Shown: positions 31,777 to 42,958, counted from the first letter of the stretch. The stretch is 64,000 bases of DNA from Candidatus Sumerlaeaceae bacterium (GCA_049968255.1 JBMFRB010000008.1:32001-96000), one strand, 5' to 3'. Notes: generated by a model from the sequence alone, not told the origin. Translations and numbers: made by a program.

Positions 31777-34541
31777 CGGTGAGAAACCGACCGAGCTTTG
31801 GCCGATTCCGCTGCCCCGACGCGCACATACTTCGCAAACCCTGGATAGATGAAATCATGTCCACGCTGCGCCGCATCGGCCGGCGGATACTCGTTGAAAT
31901 ACTTGAGAATCGGGGCGTCTGCGGCGGCTTGACCAAAAATCTCTGGATCGAGCACGAATCGCACGTTTGGTGTGTCGCAGAAAACATTCACGTAGCCTCG
32001 ACCGCGATCAACAACGACTTCCCACGTCCCGTTCACCAGATAAGCCTCGACGAGCTTGCGTCCACCAATCCAAACCGTCGTGGGGGCGGCGCTGGGTTTA
32101 CCACCGGTTTGCACCGGCGCTGATCCCTGCGAATTGAGCACGTACTTGCCCGCACCTGCCCCCGATTTCACAGCATCGAGCTGCTGGCCGCGGTTACGTG
32201 CAACAGTGACCATTTTCACCGCAAGCTTTTTTGCTTTCTCGAGTGGCTGACCATCGAGCGATGTGGCATAAATGGTCGCAATGGGAGAGGTCGAAACGAC
32301 CTCAAGGGCACCAGCCCTATACCGCTTGCCGGCGGCCAGTTCGCCAGCCAGCGCGCATGTCTCCGTCGTGGCAATGCACAACAGGCCGTTGCTCACGTGG
32401 CGAGTAATTGTTCCGCCGGCCAGTTTCAGCTCGGAAGGCCATTGCGTGGAAAGGTCGTGCAACGTGGCCTCACCCGCAAGATAGCGGCCAAAGCCATTGG
32501 CCAGTGCGGCCACCTGCGATTCCGTGAGTTCAGCACACACCAGATTTTTGCGTTTGGGGTCGAAAAACGCTTTGCAATTCTCGCCTGTGGCGTCGGCCAG
32601 CACAGGCTCGAAGCCAACCTCTTTCACGCTCTTCACAGGGAATTCCGGGGCGGCATAGACCCATGGGAAATTATATCCACTGGCCACAAGGAGGGCTCCA
32701 TCGTGAGAACCAAGTTTGCCGTCCCTACGCTCGCGGTAACGCGCATCGTAGAGCACAAGGCGTTGGCCAGGGTACGCCCCTTTGCCGCTCCGGCCCGAGG
32801 TGACTGTAAACAACACAGAATCATCCACCGGATCGGTTTCGGGATTCCAGTTCTCTGCTCGGAAAGTCCAGGCAAGCTGATGAAGCGGTGTGACGAAGGA
32901 AGCCCACGTCGCAAGGTCCTCGTTATTGTAAGCGATGCGCACACGGCGTGGCTCGGCGGGCACTTCGTGGCGCAAGAAAAGCTTGGCAGTGTAGCCAGTG
33001 ATCCCCCAGCGCAGAGGATCGGCCTGAGGGCCAAACGCCGAGATGATCTCTTCGTCGCCCCACGTGTAATAGGCGAAGTGCACAAGCATATCGTAGTCCT
33101 GCGCCAGCGAGAAACTCGCGATGTCTGGGTAGTACGCAGCGCGAAATTCGTTGGGCCAGCATTGTGTCCATTCGCGGCAGACAAGAGGCATGTTCGCCCA
33201 GCGATAGCGCGACAAATGGCAGGCCATCGAGTATGGACCGGTCTCGCGCACATAATTTTTGTTAGAATAGAACGGTTTGCCAACCCACTCGACGCCGGGC
33301 AAGAAGGAGGGATGATCAAGGTAAGCGTTTTCGGCGGTGGCATCGAGCTCGCGCGTCGTTGAGAAAATATCGACAATGTGTTCGCCGTGGACGACGGCGA
33401 CGAGGGGAATGCGCGCCCCACGCGTGCGGATAAAATCGCGCATGGTTTCAAAATAGCGCCGCTGGAGTTCCACGGCAAAACGCACGCCGTCGCGTGTGCG
33501 AGCTGGCGAACGCAACTTGTCCGTCCAGGGAATTGATGACAGCTCGCGCAGCGAGGTCATGGTCATATCAGGTAGCTCCACGGTGGCCTGCTCGAGCGAC
33601 TCCGATGGAGCAAGTGGACACTCGCCACGAGAGTTTGTCCATGCCTTACGCAGCTCAGCCGTCGAACCGTATCGGCTTTTTAGCCAATCGTTCCACATCT
33701 TGTGAAAATTCGTTCGATAGGGCTCGACAAATTCGCGCCAGGGCACGTGACCAAAAAAAAGGCTGTCCTCATTCTCAATTTCGAGCATGCAGACGGCTGG
33801 ATCAAGCCCGTTGGGAATGCCTGTGTAGGGGTTGACGTGGTCGAAAAGCCACGCCTGGACGTATTGCTTTTGCAAATCGATGAGGCGCGGATCGAAAAAG
33901 GCATAAGGTTTTGCGGCGCGGCCGAGCTTGTCTGCTTGAGGCACGCCGTCGCCCTCACGAAAGGTGCGGTAGCCGCGCAATACGAGGTAGACATACATGC
34001 CACGCTTTTTCGCGCAAGCAATCCACCAATCCACCCGATCGCGATATTCCGGATCGAATTCTGTGGACTTGTTGTTGTTGGGATAGGCTTCATCAATGAT
34101 GCAGCGACGCACGAGGTTGTACTGTTCGCCCCCACGGTTGTCCAGCTCGTGCAAACGCAGTAGATTGCATCCACCGCGCGCCAGAACGTCCGTGACGAGT
34201 TCGATGCGCGACTTTTCGATGTCACCCACATGCGTAGCTGCTACCGTGTACCCCCAGAAGCGGAGCCGCTCACCGGTTTTCTCAAATTTGAACGACCCAT
34301 CCTTGTCGCGCACAACATGTCCCTTCTTGCCAGCAGGCGGATCGAGGAGAAATGAGAAATCCACGAGAGAGGAGTCGGGAAACACATCGAAGACGGGGTT
34401 CACCGCGCGCACTCCGAGCGGATCGTCGGCATAGCGTGCGATGCTGCGCCGGCCTTCCGTCACGGAAGGCGTCCCGGCTGCAGGGAGTAGACCGGCACAT
34501 GCTAATACGAGGCTAAAGCTAACATCAAACAAACGGCGCAT
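31773..34541 (-). CDS. Large exported clan GH-A glycoside hydrolase (GH5/GH148-like)
   Basis: Signal peptide; LDPPAGKKG, RFWG, HVNPYTG..DPAV, EIENE (acid/base), VCREW (nucleophile). Confidence 0.72.
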   Translation of the reverse strand: MRRLFDVSFSLVLACAGLLPAAGTPSVTEGRRSIARYADDPLGVRAVNPVFDVFPDSSLVDFSFLLDPPAGKKGHVVRDKDGSFKFEKTGERLRFWGYTVAATHVGDIEKSRIELVTDVLARGGCNLLRLHELDNRGGEQYNLVRRCIIDEAYPNNNKSTEFDPEYRDRVDWWIACAKKRGMYVYLVLRGYRTFREGDGVPQADKLGRAAKPYAFFDPRLIDLQKQYVQAWLFDHVNPYTGIPNGLDPAVCMLEIENEDSLFFGHVPWREFVEPYRTNFHKMWNDWLKSRYGSTAELRKAWTNSRGECPLAPSESLEQATVELPDMTMTSLRELSSIPWTDKLRSPARTRDGVRFAVELQRRYFETMRDFIRTRGARIPLVAVVHGEHIVDIFSTTRELDATAENAYLDHPSFLPGVEWVGKPFYSNKNYVRETGPYSMACHLSRYRWANMPLVCREWTQCWPNEFRAAYYPDIASFSLAQDYDMLVHFAYYTWGDEEIISAFGPQADPLRWGITGYTAKLFLRHEVPAEPRRVRIAYNNEDLATWASFVTPLHQLAWTFRAENWNPETDPVDDSVLFTVTSGRSGKGAYPGQRLVLYDARYRERRDGKLGSHDGALLVASGYNFPWVYAAPEFPVKSVKEVGFEPVLADATGENCKAFFDPKRKNLVCAELTESQVAALANGFGRYLAGEATLHDLSTQWPSELKLAGGTITRHVSNGLLCIATTETCALAGELAAGKRYRAGALEVVSTSPIATIYATSLDGQPLEKAKKLAVKMVTVARNRGQQLDAVKSGAGAGKYVLNSQGSAPVQTGGKPSAAPTTVWIGGRKLVEAYLVNGTWEVVVDRGRGYVNVFCDTPNVRFVLDPEIFGQAAADAPILKYFNEYPPADAAQRGHDFIYPGFAKYVRVGAAESAKARSVSHR

Positions 34542-34738
34542 GAAAAATCTCCTTTTTCCCATTGTTGGAAACTGTCCTTGCTCGCCAGCCCGCGTCCGCT
34601 TCTTGGCGCCGGCGTCGTTGCACCTTGGCTTGGGTGGCCCGCTTTTGGCTTTGCCACTCTTGATTCAAAGTGCGCTTGTATTTGAATGAGAATAGGACTG
34701 AAAGCAAGCAAATGTGAATCCCGCAGGGGAAAGGCGAG

Positions 34739-35899
34739 ATGAAAAAGATCATCGCTGTGCTCGTGATGGTGGCTGTGGTCGCAGGCATCCTGGCAGCTAG
34801 CACCGGCTATCTTGTTCAGCAGAAAAAACTTAGAGAGATGGAGCGCCAGGTGACCCAGGCCGAGGAATTGTTCAACGCCAAAGACTATGATGGAGCCCTT
34901 CAGTTATTGCGCCGCGTGCAAGCAGAGGGCGGCACGTTGCGCTCAGCTTACCTGCTCGGAAAGGCGCTTTACGCCAAAGGCGACTACGTCGAAGCGCTGC
35001 GCACATTTGATCGCGTAGCTGAGCGAGCACCGCGCAGCGTTTTCATGCCGGACATCCTGCTGTATCGAGCACGGCACGCTTACGACAACAAATCAAATGC
35101 GAAAGAAGCGAAAGAGATTTTTCTGCGGATTGTCTCCGAGTTTCCTGATTCTGATGCCGCCGATTGGGCACTCTATTACCTGGCCAAAATGAGCTACGAC
35201 CAGGAAGACTACAAGCAGGCGCGGATGAATCTCGAGCAAATCCTCAAGCGGCCTGATTCGCCGGCGCGCGAGGATGCCGAGTTTCTCCTGGGCGATATGA
35301 ACATGATCCAACTGCGTTCGCCCCAGCCTGGGCCAGACGATATCGTCTACACAATCAAGAAAGGCGACTCTCTGTGGAAGCTCGAACGTGAGCTGAAAGT
35401 GCCGGCCGATCTTATCATGGGAATCAACAACCTGCAGCCGAAATCCCTTACTGTGGGTATGCAGATCAAAGTGCCGAAAATCAACCCGAGCATCGTAATC
35501 GACAAAGCAAAGCGCACTCTGACGCTCAAAAACTCGGGTGCACTTTTGAAGAAATATCGCGTGGGAATTCACCGCGTGGACGCGCGAGTGCCGGCCGGCG
35601 AATATACAATCCAGAACAAGCTCGAAAAAGGCATGGATTACGCAGACCCCCAGACGGGCGCCATCATCAAGGCCGGGGATCCAACAAATCCGCTGGGCAC
35701 GAAATTCCTCCAACTACGCCGCGATATGGGAATCCACGGCACGAACCAGCCTGAGCTGGTCGGCACCTACACCGATGTGGGCTGGATCATGATGAACGAC
35801 AAAGACCTTGAAGAAATCTACGCCCTGGTGCGTAAAGGCACACCGGTATCCATAAAAGGCAAAAATGCAACGGAGGCGACCTCTGGGAACAAGCCATAA
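34739..35899 (+). CDS. TPR-LysM-YkuD (L,D-transpeptidase-like) protein with degenerate active site
   Basis: N-terminal anchor, TPRs, LysM ([10 protein letters not shown]), YkuD (NPLG..GIHGTN); SHGC replaced by DVGW. Confidence 0.85.
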   Translation: MKKIIAVLVMVAVVAGILAASTGYLVQQKKLREMERQVTQAEELFNAKDYDGALQLLRRVQAEGGTLRSAYLLGKALYAKGDYVEALRTFDRVAERAPRSVFMPDILLYRARHAYDNKSNAKEAKEIFLRIVSEFPDSDAADWALYYLAKMSYDQEDYKQARMNLEQILKRPDSPAREDAEFLLGDMNMIQLRSPQPGPDDIVYTIKKGDSLWKLERELKVPADLIMGINNLQPKSLTVGMQIKVPKINPSIVIDKAKRTLTLKNSGALLKKYRVGIHRVDARVPAGEYTIQNKLEKGMDYADPQTGAIIKAGDPTNPLGTKFLQLRRDMGIHGTNQPELVGTYTDVGWIMMNDKDLEEIYALVRKGTPVSIKGKNATEATSGNKP

Positions 35900-35912
35900 A
35901 AAGTCGGAGAGT

Positions 35913-36812
35913 GTGGAAGCGCCGCAGGCGGTTCACGAACAACGAGTGCTCAAACTCGGCCTGCCCAAAGGCAGCTTGCAGGAAGCTACATTAGCGCTGT
36001 TCCGCAAAGCTGGTTTTCACTTCGCGGTCGGATCGCGCTCGTATCACGCAACGTGCGATGACCCTGAGATTACGGCAATCTTGATTCGCGCCCAAGAGAT
36101 GTCGCGCTATGTCGAAGAGGGCGTGTTTGACGTCGGACTGACGGGGCTCGACTGGATCCTCGAAAATCGGTCGAAGGTTGTCGAGGTTGCGGACCTTATC
36201 TATGCAAAGCAGAGCATGCGGCCCGTGCGATGGGTGCTGGCAGTGCCCGAAGCAAGTCCTTTCCAGAGCGTGAAAGACCTGCGCGGCAAGCGCATCGCCA
36301 CGGAGGTGGTGAACATCACACGCGATTACTTGGCACGCCACAAAGTCAAAGCTGATGTCGAATTTTCCTGGGGCGCAACCGAGGCAAAAGCACCTGACCT
36401 CGTGGACGCCATCGTCGAGGTGACAGAGACCGGCAGCTCCTTGCGAGCCAACAAGTACCGCATTCTCGACACCGTACTCGAGTCGTGGACGAAGCTTATC
36501 GCCAACCACAAGGCCATGCGCGATCCGTGGAAACGCAAGAAGATCGAAAACATCGCCATGCTTCTCGAAGCAGCGATCCAAGCAGAGGGAAAAGTGGGCC
36601 TAAAAATGAATGTGCCGTGCAAAAAGCTCGACTCTGTGCTCTCCGTGCTACCGGCAATTACCTCACCCACGATTTCAAATCTCACCGACCCCAACTACGT
36701 GGCACTCGAGACGGTAATTGATGAGTCGCTCGTGAAGCAGCTCATTCCTGATCTCAAACGCGCGGGCGCGGTTGGAATCATCGAATATCCGCTGAACAAA
36801 ATCATCTACTGA
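35913..36812 (+). CDS. hisG: ATP phosphoribosyltransferase, long form
   Basis: [34 protein letters not shown]; C-terminal regulatory domain. Confidence 0.95.
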   Translation: MEAPQAVHEQRVLKLGLPKGSLQEATLALFRKAGFHFAVGSRSYHATCDDPEITAILIRAQEMSRYVEEGVFDVGLTGLDWILENRSKVVEVADLIYAKQSMRPVRWVLAVPEASPFQSVKDLRGKRIATEVVNITRDYLARHKVKADVEFSWGATEAKAPDLVDAIVEVTETGSSLRANKYRILDTVLESWTKLIANHKAMRDPWKRKKIENIAMLLEAAIQAEGKVGLKMNVPCKKLDSVLSVLPAITSPTISNLTDPNYVALETVIDESLVKQLIPDLKRAGAVGIIEYPLNKIIY

Positions 36813-36984
36813 ATCTGGCTTGCGCGCTCGAGGCGCGCCCAGCAGCAAAATCTGACAAAGGGGACAAAAGCCGCTCGCAGCGAGAGGAGAGCTCTTCTCT
36901 AGCTCCTCAACGGTAGCCACTTTACGGGCACAACACTGTTCGTCCCGGCAACGCGAGCTGCTGCACTGGAAATACGCGCGGCCT

Positions 36985-37764
36985 CTACACCGTGAAAGTC
37001 AGACCGTCGTAGGCAAGCTGGATATTTGGCGGGAGCAAGGCGTTCGTCGCCTCGTGTTCAAGATCGTGGCACATATGAATGAAATAGGTCTGCTCAGCGC
37101 CGACACGCTGGGCAACGGCCACCGCTTCTCTGAGACTCATGTGGGTAGGATGCGGCCGGTGCCGCAGCGCGCTGGTGACGAGGATTTTCACACCGCGCAG
37201 AAGCTCGAAGGAAGATTCGGGAATCGAACTCACATCGGTCAGCCACGCAAATCGCTCCAGGCGGAATCCAATGATCGGCATTTTTCCATGAAAAACCCGT
37301 ACCGGCCGCACCGGGATGCCCCGCACTTCAAAGTCGCCCTGAATTTCGTGCACATTGAACTCCGGGATGCCGCCCCCAGGCGGCGGCGGTTGAAAACAAT
37401 AGGAAAACCGGCGGCGAATCTCGGCGAGGCTTTCGGGCGTGGCGTAAAGATCTATCGCGTGGCCGTGCACCATGTTGAAAGCGCGGAGATCGTCGAGCCC
37501 GCCCACATGATCCGTGTGGGTGTGAGTGATGAGAACAAAATCCACATCTTCCACGCCATAAGCAAGAGCCTGCGTGCGAAAATCGGTGCCACAATCAATG
37601 AGAAAGCGACTGTTGCAATACTCAATGTAGGCGCACGAGCGCATGCGCTTGTTGCGGGGGTTGGTCGAACGACACACAGCACAGCGGCAGCCTAACGTCG
37701 GCACACCCGCGGAAGTTCCGGAGCCGAGCACCGTCACTCGCATAAGATCATTGGAAGAATTCAT
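36985..37764 (-). CDS. PhnP-like metallo-beta-lactamase-fold hydrolase
   Basis: LGSGTSAGVP, CRCAVC, THTHTDHVGGLDD, HMCH, AYDG. Confidence 0.9.
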   Translation of the reverse strand: MNSSNDLMRVTVLGSGTSAGVPTLGCRCAVCRSTNPRNKRMRSCAYIEYCNSRFLIDCGTDFRTQALAYGVEDVDFVLITHTHTDHVGGLDDLRAFNMVHGHAIDLYATPESLAEIRRRFSYCFQPPPPGGGIPEFNVHEIQGDFEVRGIPVRPVRVFHGKMPIIGFRLERFAWLTDVSSIPESSFELLRGVKILVTSALRHRPHPTHMSLREAVAVAQRVGAEQTYFIHMCHDLEHEATNALLPPNIQLAYDGLTFTV

Positions 37765-38025
37765 CTTTTCGCTGCAGTCTCCCATTCTTCTGCAGCAGTA
37801 CGCTAACGCCCCTTGGGTCATTCGCCATGAGAACCATATGATATCGAATGAGCGAAGCGAGTCTTACTTCTTGCGAAACGAGTTTTGAAAATGGCCGGCT
37901 TTGCTCACAAAGCAATTCGTGCAATGCCTTGGCAGCGCCTAAGCTTCCCCAACGGTTTTTCTGTTCTGTGTCCGCTCCACGTAGCACTTGCGTTTGCGCC
38001 CGTCACCGCGGCATGCCTAAAGGCA

Positions 38026-38643
38026 ATGATAGAATTCCTCCGTGGCATGCTGCTGGAAAACGACGGGCAGCACGTTGTGATTGACGTGCACGGCGTTGGT
38101 TATGGCCTGGACGTTCCTGCTTCGACCGCGAACGCCCTGCCGGCTGTGGGCGAGGAAGTCACGTTACACACTTACCTCGAAGCCAAAGAGAACATGTTCG
38201 CGCTTTATGGATTTGCCACCCGCGAAGAGCGTGAAGTCTTTACGATCTTTCTTGGGGTCTCGGGCATCGGGCCACGAACAGCTCTCTCGATTTTGTCGGC
38301 CGTGCGCATTGCCGATTTTGCTACCGCCGTGATGAACAACGATGTGGCGTGGCTCACGCGCATCCCAGGCATAGGCAAAAAAACGGCAGAGCGTTTGATT
38401 GTTGAAGTTCGGGACAAAATGAAAGCCTGGGTTGCCGAAGCGCGGCTGGGAGTAGCTACTCCAGCATCGGCAAAACGTGGCAACGCGGAAGAAGCGCTTC
38501 AGGCAGAGGTAAGCGCAGCGTTACAGGCGTTAGGCTGTAAGCCCGCGATCGCTGACCGTGCCGCAGCGCGAGCGCTGGAGCTCCTCGGCCCAAAAACACC
38601 GATCGAAGACCTCGTGCGCGAAGCGCTGCGCCATCGCTACTGA
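38026..38643 (+). CDS. ruvA: Holliday junction branch migration protein RuvA
   Basis: DVHGVGY, LYGF, VSGIGPRTA, IPGIGKKTAERL, ALQALG. Confidence 0.95.
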   Translation: MIEFLRGMLLENDGQHVVIDVHGVGYGLDVPASTANALPAVGEEVTLHTYLEAKENMFALYGFATREEREVFTIFLGVSGIGPRTALSILSAVRIADFATAVMNNDVAWLTRIPGIGKKTAERLIVEVRDKMKAWVAEARLGVATPASAKRGNAEEALQAEVSAALQALGCKPAIADRAAARALELLGPKTPIEDLVREALRHRY

Positions 38644-38715
38644 GGGCGGGCTAGCGACAGGTGGGCCCACCTGACTCCAGCAGTGTGCGCGAACACGAGT
38701 AAGCAAAACGCTCAT

Positions 38716-39474
38716 CTATCGGCGCTTGCGCAAAACCACCGGCGATTCTCCGGGCCGCTGAACAGTCACACTGTCGGGCGTGATGTCGAGAACGCGGAAG
38801 TTCTCGTACACGCCGCCCTTGCGCACACTTAGACCATTCACGATAGCCATAGGACTTTTTGGATCGTAAAGAATTGGACCCAGCACGAAACCTTTTGTGT
38901 CCTCGGTAGGCAACGGTTGGGGCGAAAAGCGAACTTGTGGCGAACTCGCCGGTGGGGAAAAAATCTCGCGCTCAGCAAAGTTTGCGCCGCCAGCCCCTGA
39001 AGAATTGAGAAGCTCAGTCATTGGCACAGGGGTGGGAAGATCCACAGCAGCGCTCGGCGCAGAGGACACAGCAACAGAGGCTGGGTTTGCAGGCGACGGC
39101 GGCGGAGCAGCTCCTCCAGGCGTAGGTTGAGACATCGAGGTTTTCACACCCGGTTGAACGGACCCAGGGGCAAGTGTGCCCGAACCGACGACGGCCACCG
39201 TGGAAGCACTCGACGCGCCTTGAAGATTGTGCGTCCATTCCTGCAGGCGATGCTGGAGAAACAGAATCACACCAGTGATAAGCGCCAGTGTGACCACAGT
39301 GGATGCCACGATGCTTGTGATGATCAGTCCAAGCCGCGAACGGTGCTGCACAACCACCTTCGGCACTGTAGCGGCGGGGCTCGACGGCACGTCGAGCAGC
39401 GTCGCCACCTTCGCATCGTTGTTCTGACTGCGCTCACGCCGCGCTTTTTCCAGAGCTTTGAGAATTGTGCTCAT
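38716..39474 (-). CDS. GspB/ExeB-like protein
   Basis: MSTILKALEKA N-terminus, one TM, Pro/Ser-rich linker, C-terminal AIVNG..I.PDSV domain; directly downstream of exeA. Confidence 0.75.
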   Translation of the reverse strand: MSTILKALEKARRERSQNNDAKVATLLDVPSSPAATVPKVVVQHRSRLGLIITSIVASTVVTLALITGVILFLQHRLQEWTHNLQGASSASTVAVVGSGTLAPGSVQPGVKTSMSQPTPGGAAPPPSPANPASVAVSSAPSAAVDLPTPVPMTELLNSSGAGGANFAEREIFSPPASSPQVRFSPQPLPTEDTKGFVLGPILYDPKSPMAIVNGLSVRKGGVYENFRVLDITPDSVTVQRPGESPVVLRKRR

Positions 39475-39477
39475 CGC

Positions 39478-41337
39478 TCAATCTCCTGTTGGCGCGAGGT
39501 GGGGGCCGTTATCCATCATGCGACTATTGAGCAGCATGGCCGTAAGATCATCAATTTGGCCCGTCTCGCGCAACTTGTAATAGGCCTGGAATTTTTTGAT
39601 CGCTTCGGCGGTGTCCACATCGAATTTCCCGCTGGCATGAGCCAGATAGCCGCGCTTGACGAGGAACTCTTGAAGCTGGCGCACGCGGTCGCTCGATTCG
39701 CCGCGCTGGATCGAAGTGAGCTGGTTCACATCCACGAACACAGCACTCGCTGAATCGAAGTATTTGATGAAATCCTTTGTCTTGTAGGTTTTCACTCCCC
39801 AAACAGGATCGCCGACCGTCACGGCCTCGCCTTCAGCACGCAGCAGCACGACATATTCGCTTTGGTCCGGAGCTGGATCTTTCATGCGCACGATAAGTGG
39901 CACGTTATACTTCACCACGTCGTAAAACGAGCCGGGCAAGCGCAGCTCACGAAGCTTGACGCTATCGGATTGGAGCACCCCGTTGACGATTTGGTCATCG
40001 CCAAGCTTGGCCAGCTCGCTGAGATCTACGTGGAATCCCCACATCTTGAGAAGACTGAACTGGGCGGCACGCAGCGCGGCTTTGGGATTATTGACGCGCA
40101 CCAATGGAACGTTTTTCTCATACTTCCAATGGGGATTTTTCCGCCGCAACGTTTCCCAATCAGGAGTAGGCGTGGGAGCCACTTTCGTTGCCAGAGGTGT
40201 CTGGCTGGCGCTCGTTTCTGTGGCCTCGGCAATGTCGTCCTTCTCCGTATCGGGATTACCGCGTTTTAGTTCGAGCGGTTGTCCAGGCTTAGGCAGCGCT
40301 GACCCCGGTGTTGGGGTAACGCGAGGCTGATAGTCGAGTCCCTCAGAGGCCCGCACATTGGCCAGCTTGATGCCAATGGCGATAGCGATGGCCATGGTGA
40401 GCGTGGCCCCAGCACCAAGGCCAAGCCACAGGGCCAGCTTGCGACCTGCTTTTTTTGCCGTTTCTGGGTTCAGCCGTGGAAGCGCAAAACTTGACGTGCG
40501 CTTTGACGAATCGCTGGCCAGCTCGCCGCCGCGGGTCACTTCGTCGATCGCGCGTTGCATGATGCGCTCATCCACGACACAAGTGGCTTCGGTGTAGCAC
40601 GCCAGGAGGGCACGGTCGCAAATGACGTTGATGCGGCGCGGAATTCCCCGGCTCACGTTGTAGAGCAGCCGTAAAGCTTCGGGCGTGAACTCGATGGCAA
40701 CCGTTGCGCGTGCCACGAAAAGCCGGTGTTGAATGTAAGCCAGGACTTCTGCCTCTGTGAGAGGTGTAAGGTGATAGCGCACGGCAATGCGCTGGTTGAG
40801 CTGTTCGAGCTGACTGTGCGAGAGTGTGTCGCGCAATTCGGGCTGGCCAACAAGCACGATCTGCAGCAGCTTCTCGTTTTCCGTCTCAAGGTTCGAAAGC
40901 ATGCGGATTTGCTCGAGAACATCTGGATCGAGATTCTGCGCTTCGTCGATGATAAGGACGACGTTTTTGCCCTTTTGGTTCTCTTCGATGAGGAAGCGAT
41001 TCAGCTCGTCAATCAGCCCCTTCTTCGTGTTGTAAAAAGAGGGGATCTGAAACTCATCGTTGATCGTCTTGAGCAGTTCGATTTCCGAGAGACCTGGGTT
41101 GAGAATGAGAGCAAGGCGGACGTCGTTGCTGCGGGTGAGTTCGTTGACAAAAGCTCGGCAGACGGTGGTTTTGCCTGAACCAATCTCGCCCGTGAGCAAG
41201 ATGAAGCCTTTGCGCTCGCGCACGCCATAGGTGAGTGCGGCCAACGCCTCGCGGTGGCGCTCGCTGAGAAAAAGAAAACGCGAGTCAGGCGTGAGGTTGA
41301 ACGGCTCTTCAGCTAAACCGAAATATTTCTTGTACAT
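39478..41337 (-). CDS. ExeA/GspA AAA ATPase with peptidoglycan-binding domain
   Basis: YFGLAEEPFNLTPD, GEIGSGKT, IIDEAQ, VGQPEL, GIPRRIN; TM; C-terminal VRQLQ..AIKKFQ PG-binding module. Confidence 0.9.
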   Translation of the reverse strand: MYKKYFGLAEEPFNLTPDSRFLFLSERHREALAALTYGVRERKGFILLTGEIGSGKTTVCRAFVNELTRSNDVRLALILNPGLSEIELLKTINDEFQIPSFYNTKKGLIDELNRFLIEENQKGKNVVLIIDEAQNLDPDVLEQIRMLSNLETENEKLLQIVLVGQPELRDTLSHSQLEQLNQRIAVRYHLTPLTEAEVLAYIQHRLFVARATVAIEFTPEALRLLYNVSRGIPRRINVICDRALLACYTEATCVVDERIMQRAIDEVTRGGELASDSSKRTSSFALPRLNPETAKKAGRKLALWLGLGAGATLTMAIAIAIGIKLANVRASEGLDYQPRVTPTPGSALPKPGQPLELKRGNPDTEKDDIAEATETSASQTPLATKVAPTPTPDWETLRRKNPHWKYEKNVPLVRVNNPKAALRAAQFSLLKMWGFHVDLSELAKLGDDQIVNGVLQSDSVKLRELRLPGSFYDVVKYNVPLIVRMKDPAPDQSEYVVLLRAEGEAVTVGDPVWGVKTYKTKDFIKYFDSASAVFVDVNQLTSIQRGESSDRVRQLQEFLVKRGYLAHASGKFDVDTAEAIKKFQAYYKLRETGQIDDLTAMLLNSRMMDNGPHLAPTGD

Positions 41338-41497
41338 TTGGCTCCTACACGTTTGCGCTTGAACGGGCCGCACACCGCGCAAGCTCATGCTTTGTGACAA
41401 CAGCAGCTCGACAAAGTTCACAGCCCGCTTAGCCACGCGCAACAATTTCGTTGCGCCCTTGGCCAATGGGCAAAGTGCGTGCCAGATGCGCCACTAC

Positions 41498-41779
41498 TCA
41501 TAAATACTCCACGTGCTCATCAATAACTTCGAAATCTGCCGCCGTTTCCAGATCACGCATGATTTTGCTGAGCAACGAATCCACCTGGGCACGGTTCGCG
41601 GCCACAGTGACAATGGCCAGAATCGCACTGCGCCAAATGTCGTGATCATCCACTTCTGCCACCGCGCAATTGTAATGGGTGCGCAGCCTGTGGATTGTTT
41701 TGCTCAGCACGCTGCGCTTGTCCTTTAGAGAATTGCTCATCGGAATCAGGAGTCGCACTCGCTGTGAACCGATGACCAC
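41498..41779 (-). CDS. DUF503 / YlxP family protein
   Basis: SLKDKRSVL, AVAEVDDHD motifs; AAGGAG RBS. Confidence 0.88.
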   Translation of the reverse strand: MVIGSQRVRLLIPMSNSLKDKRSVLSKTIHRLRTHYNCAVAEVDDHDIWRSAILAIVTVAANRAQVDSLLSKIMRDLETAADFEVIDEHVEYL

Positions 41780-41959
41780 TGCCTGTCACTCCTTTGCCTT
41801 GCGATCCAACGTTGTGCCGCGAAAAAACCATCGCACAATAGCAAATCACCTCGAGGAGGTTGCGGGCGGTCTTGTCCTCCAAACCTTACCGATTCAGCGT
41901 CCGTTTTCTTTCTCTTGGCAAGGTTTCATGCCGCTCAACTGCTGAGCACCTCCTTCACG

Positions 41960-42856
41960 TCAATATTCTTCCTCGCCACGAAGCAGGCGGAATTGAACCA
42001 CCGCGAAAACCATGACAATAGCAAACAGGATCATCGCCTCCGCGCTGGCCAGGCCGAACTCGCTATTGTCAAAAGCGTTCTGGTAAATTTCGAACACTAG
42101 CGATGTTGATTGATTAGCAGGGCGCCCGCGAGTCATGACGTAAACAGGGGTGAAAATTTTGAACGACTCGATTGTGCTCATAACGACCAGGAAAAGTGTG
42201 GTTGGCTTGAGCAGGGGAAGAATAACAGAGCGCCATTTTTGCCAACGGTTGGCGCCATCAATTTCCGCCGACTCCAGCAGCTCGGGCGGAATTCGTCCAA
42301 GCGCAGCCACATACAAAACGATCCCCGCCCCAGGAGCGTACGGAATGCTGCTCAGGATGATCGTGGCCACAGCCGCCCACCGTTCGCTGAACCATGGCAC
42401 TCCTGGATGACCCAGTGAACGCAGCGCAACGTTGATAAGGCCATTGTGCTCCGTAAACATCCACTGCCACACAATCGCGATGATGACTGCGCTGATGATG
42501 CCTGGCAGATAGAAGGCAGCTTTGAAGAAATTTTGCACACGCACCGGCAGTGGCGAGATCATTCCCGCCACGAGCAAAGCGATACCAATGTTCACTGGCA
42601 CGAGAACGATGGTGATGATGGCCGTGTTCGCAAGAGCGATCCAGAAATCCTCCCGGAAGACCGGATCAAAAAGCACCGTGGCAAAATTCTCAAACCCGAC
42701 CCAGGGACTGCCAAGAATGCCACGTCCGACCTGATAATCCTTGAATGCAAGAATGACGGCTCCGACGACTGGCACAACGACGAAAATGAAAAATAACAAG
42801 AGATTGGGGGCTGCAAATGCTAGTCCCCACCATTTTCGCCGAGTTTCGAGGCGCAT
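41960..42856 (-). CDS. Sugar ABC transporter permease
   Basis: WVGFENF, EAA-loop variant ESAEIDGANRWQ, FGLASA. Confidence 0.9.
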   Translation of the reverse strand: MRLETRRKWWGLAFAAPNLLLFFIFVVVPVVGAVILAFKDYQVGRGILGSPWVGFENFATVLFDPVFREDFWIALANTAIITIVLVPVNIGIALLVAGMISPLPVRVQNFFKAAFYLPGIISAVIIAIVWQWMFTEHNGLINVALRSLGHPGVPWFSERWAAVATIILSSIPYAPGAGIVLYVAALGRIPPELLESAEIDGANRWQKWRSVILPLLKPTTLFLVVMSTIESFKIFTPVYVMTRGRPANQSTSLVFEIYQNAFDNSEFGLASAEAMILFAIVMVFAVVQFRLLRGEEEY

Positions 42857-42958
42857 CGGAGCCGCCCCTTTCTTGCAGGCGTTGGGCAGACAACTTGCCC
42901 GCTCATCTTGCAAAGCACGGCTTGCACGCCGGCTGGTGAAATCTGATTGCTCGTCAAC

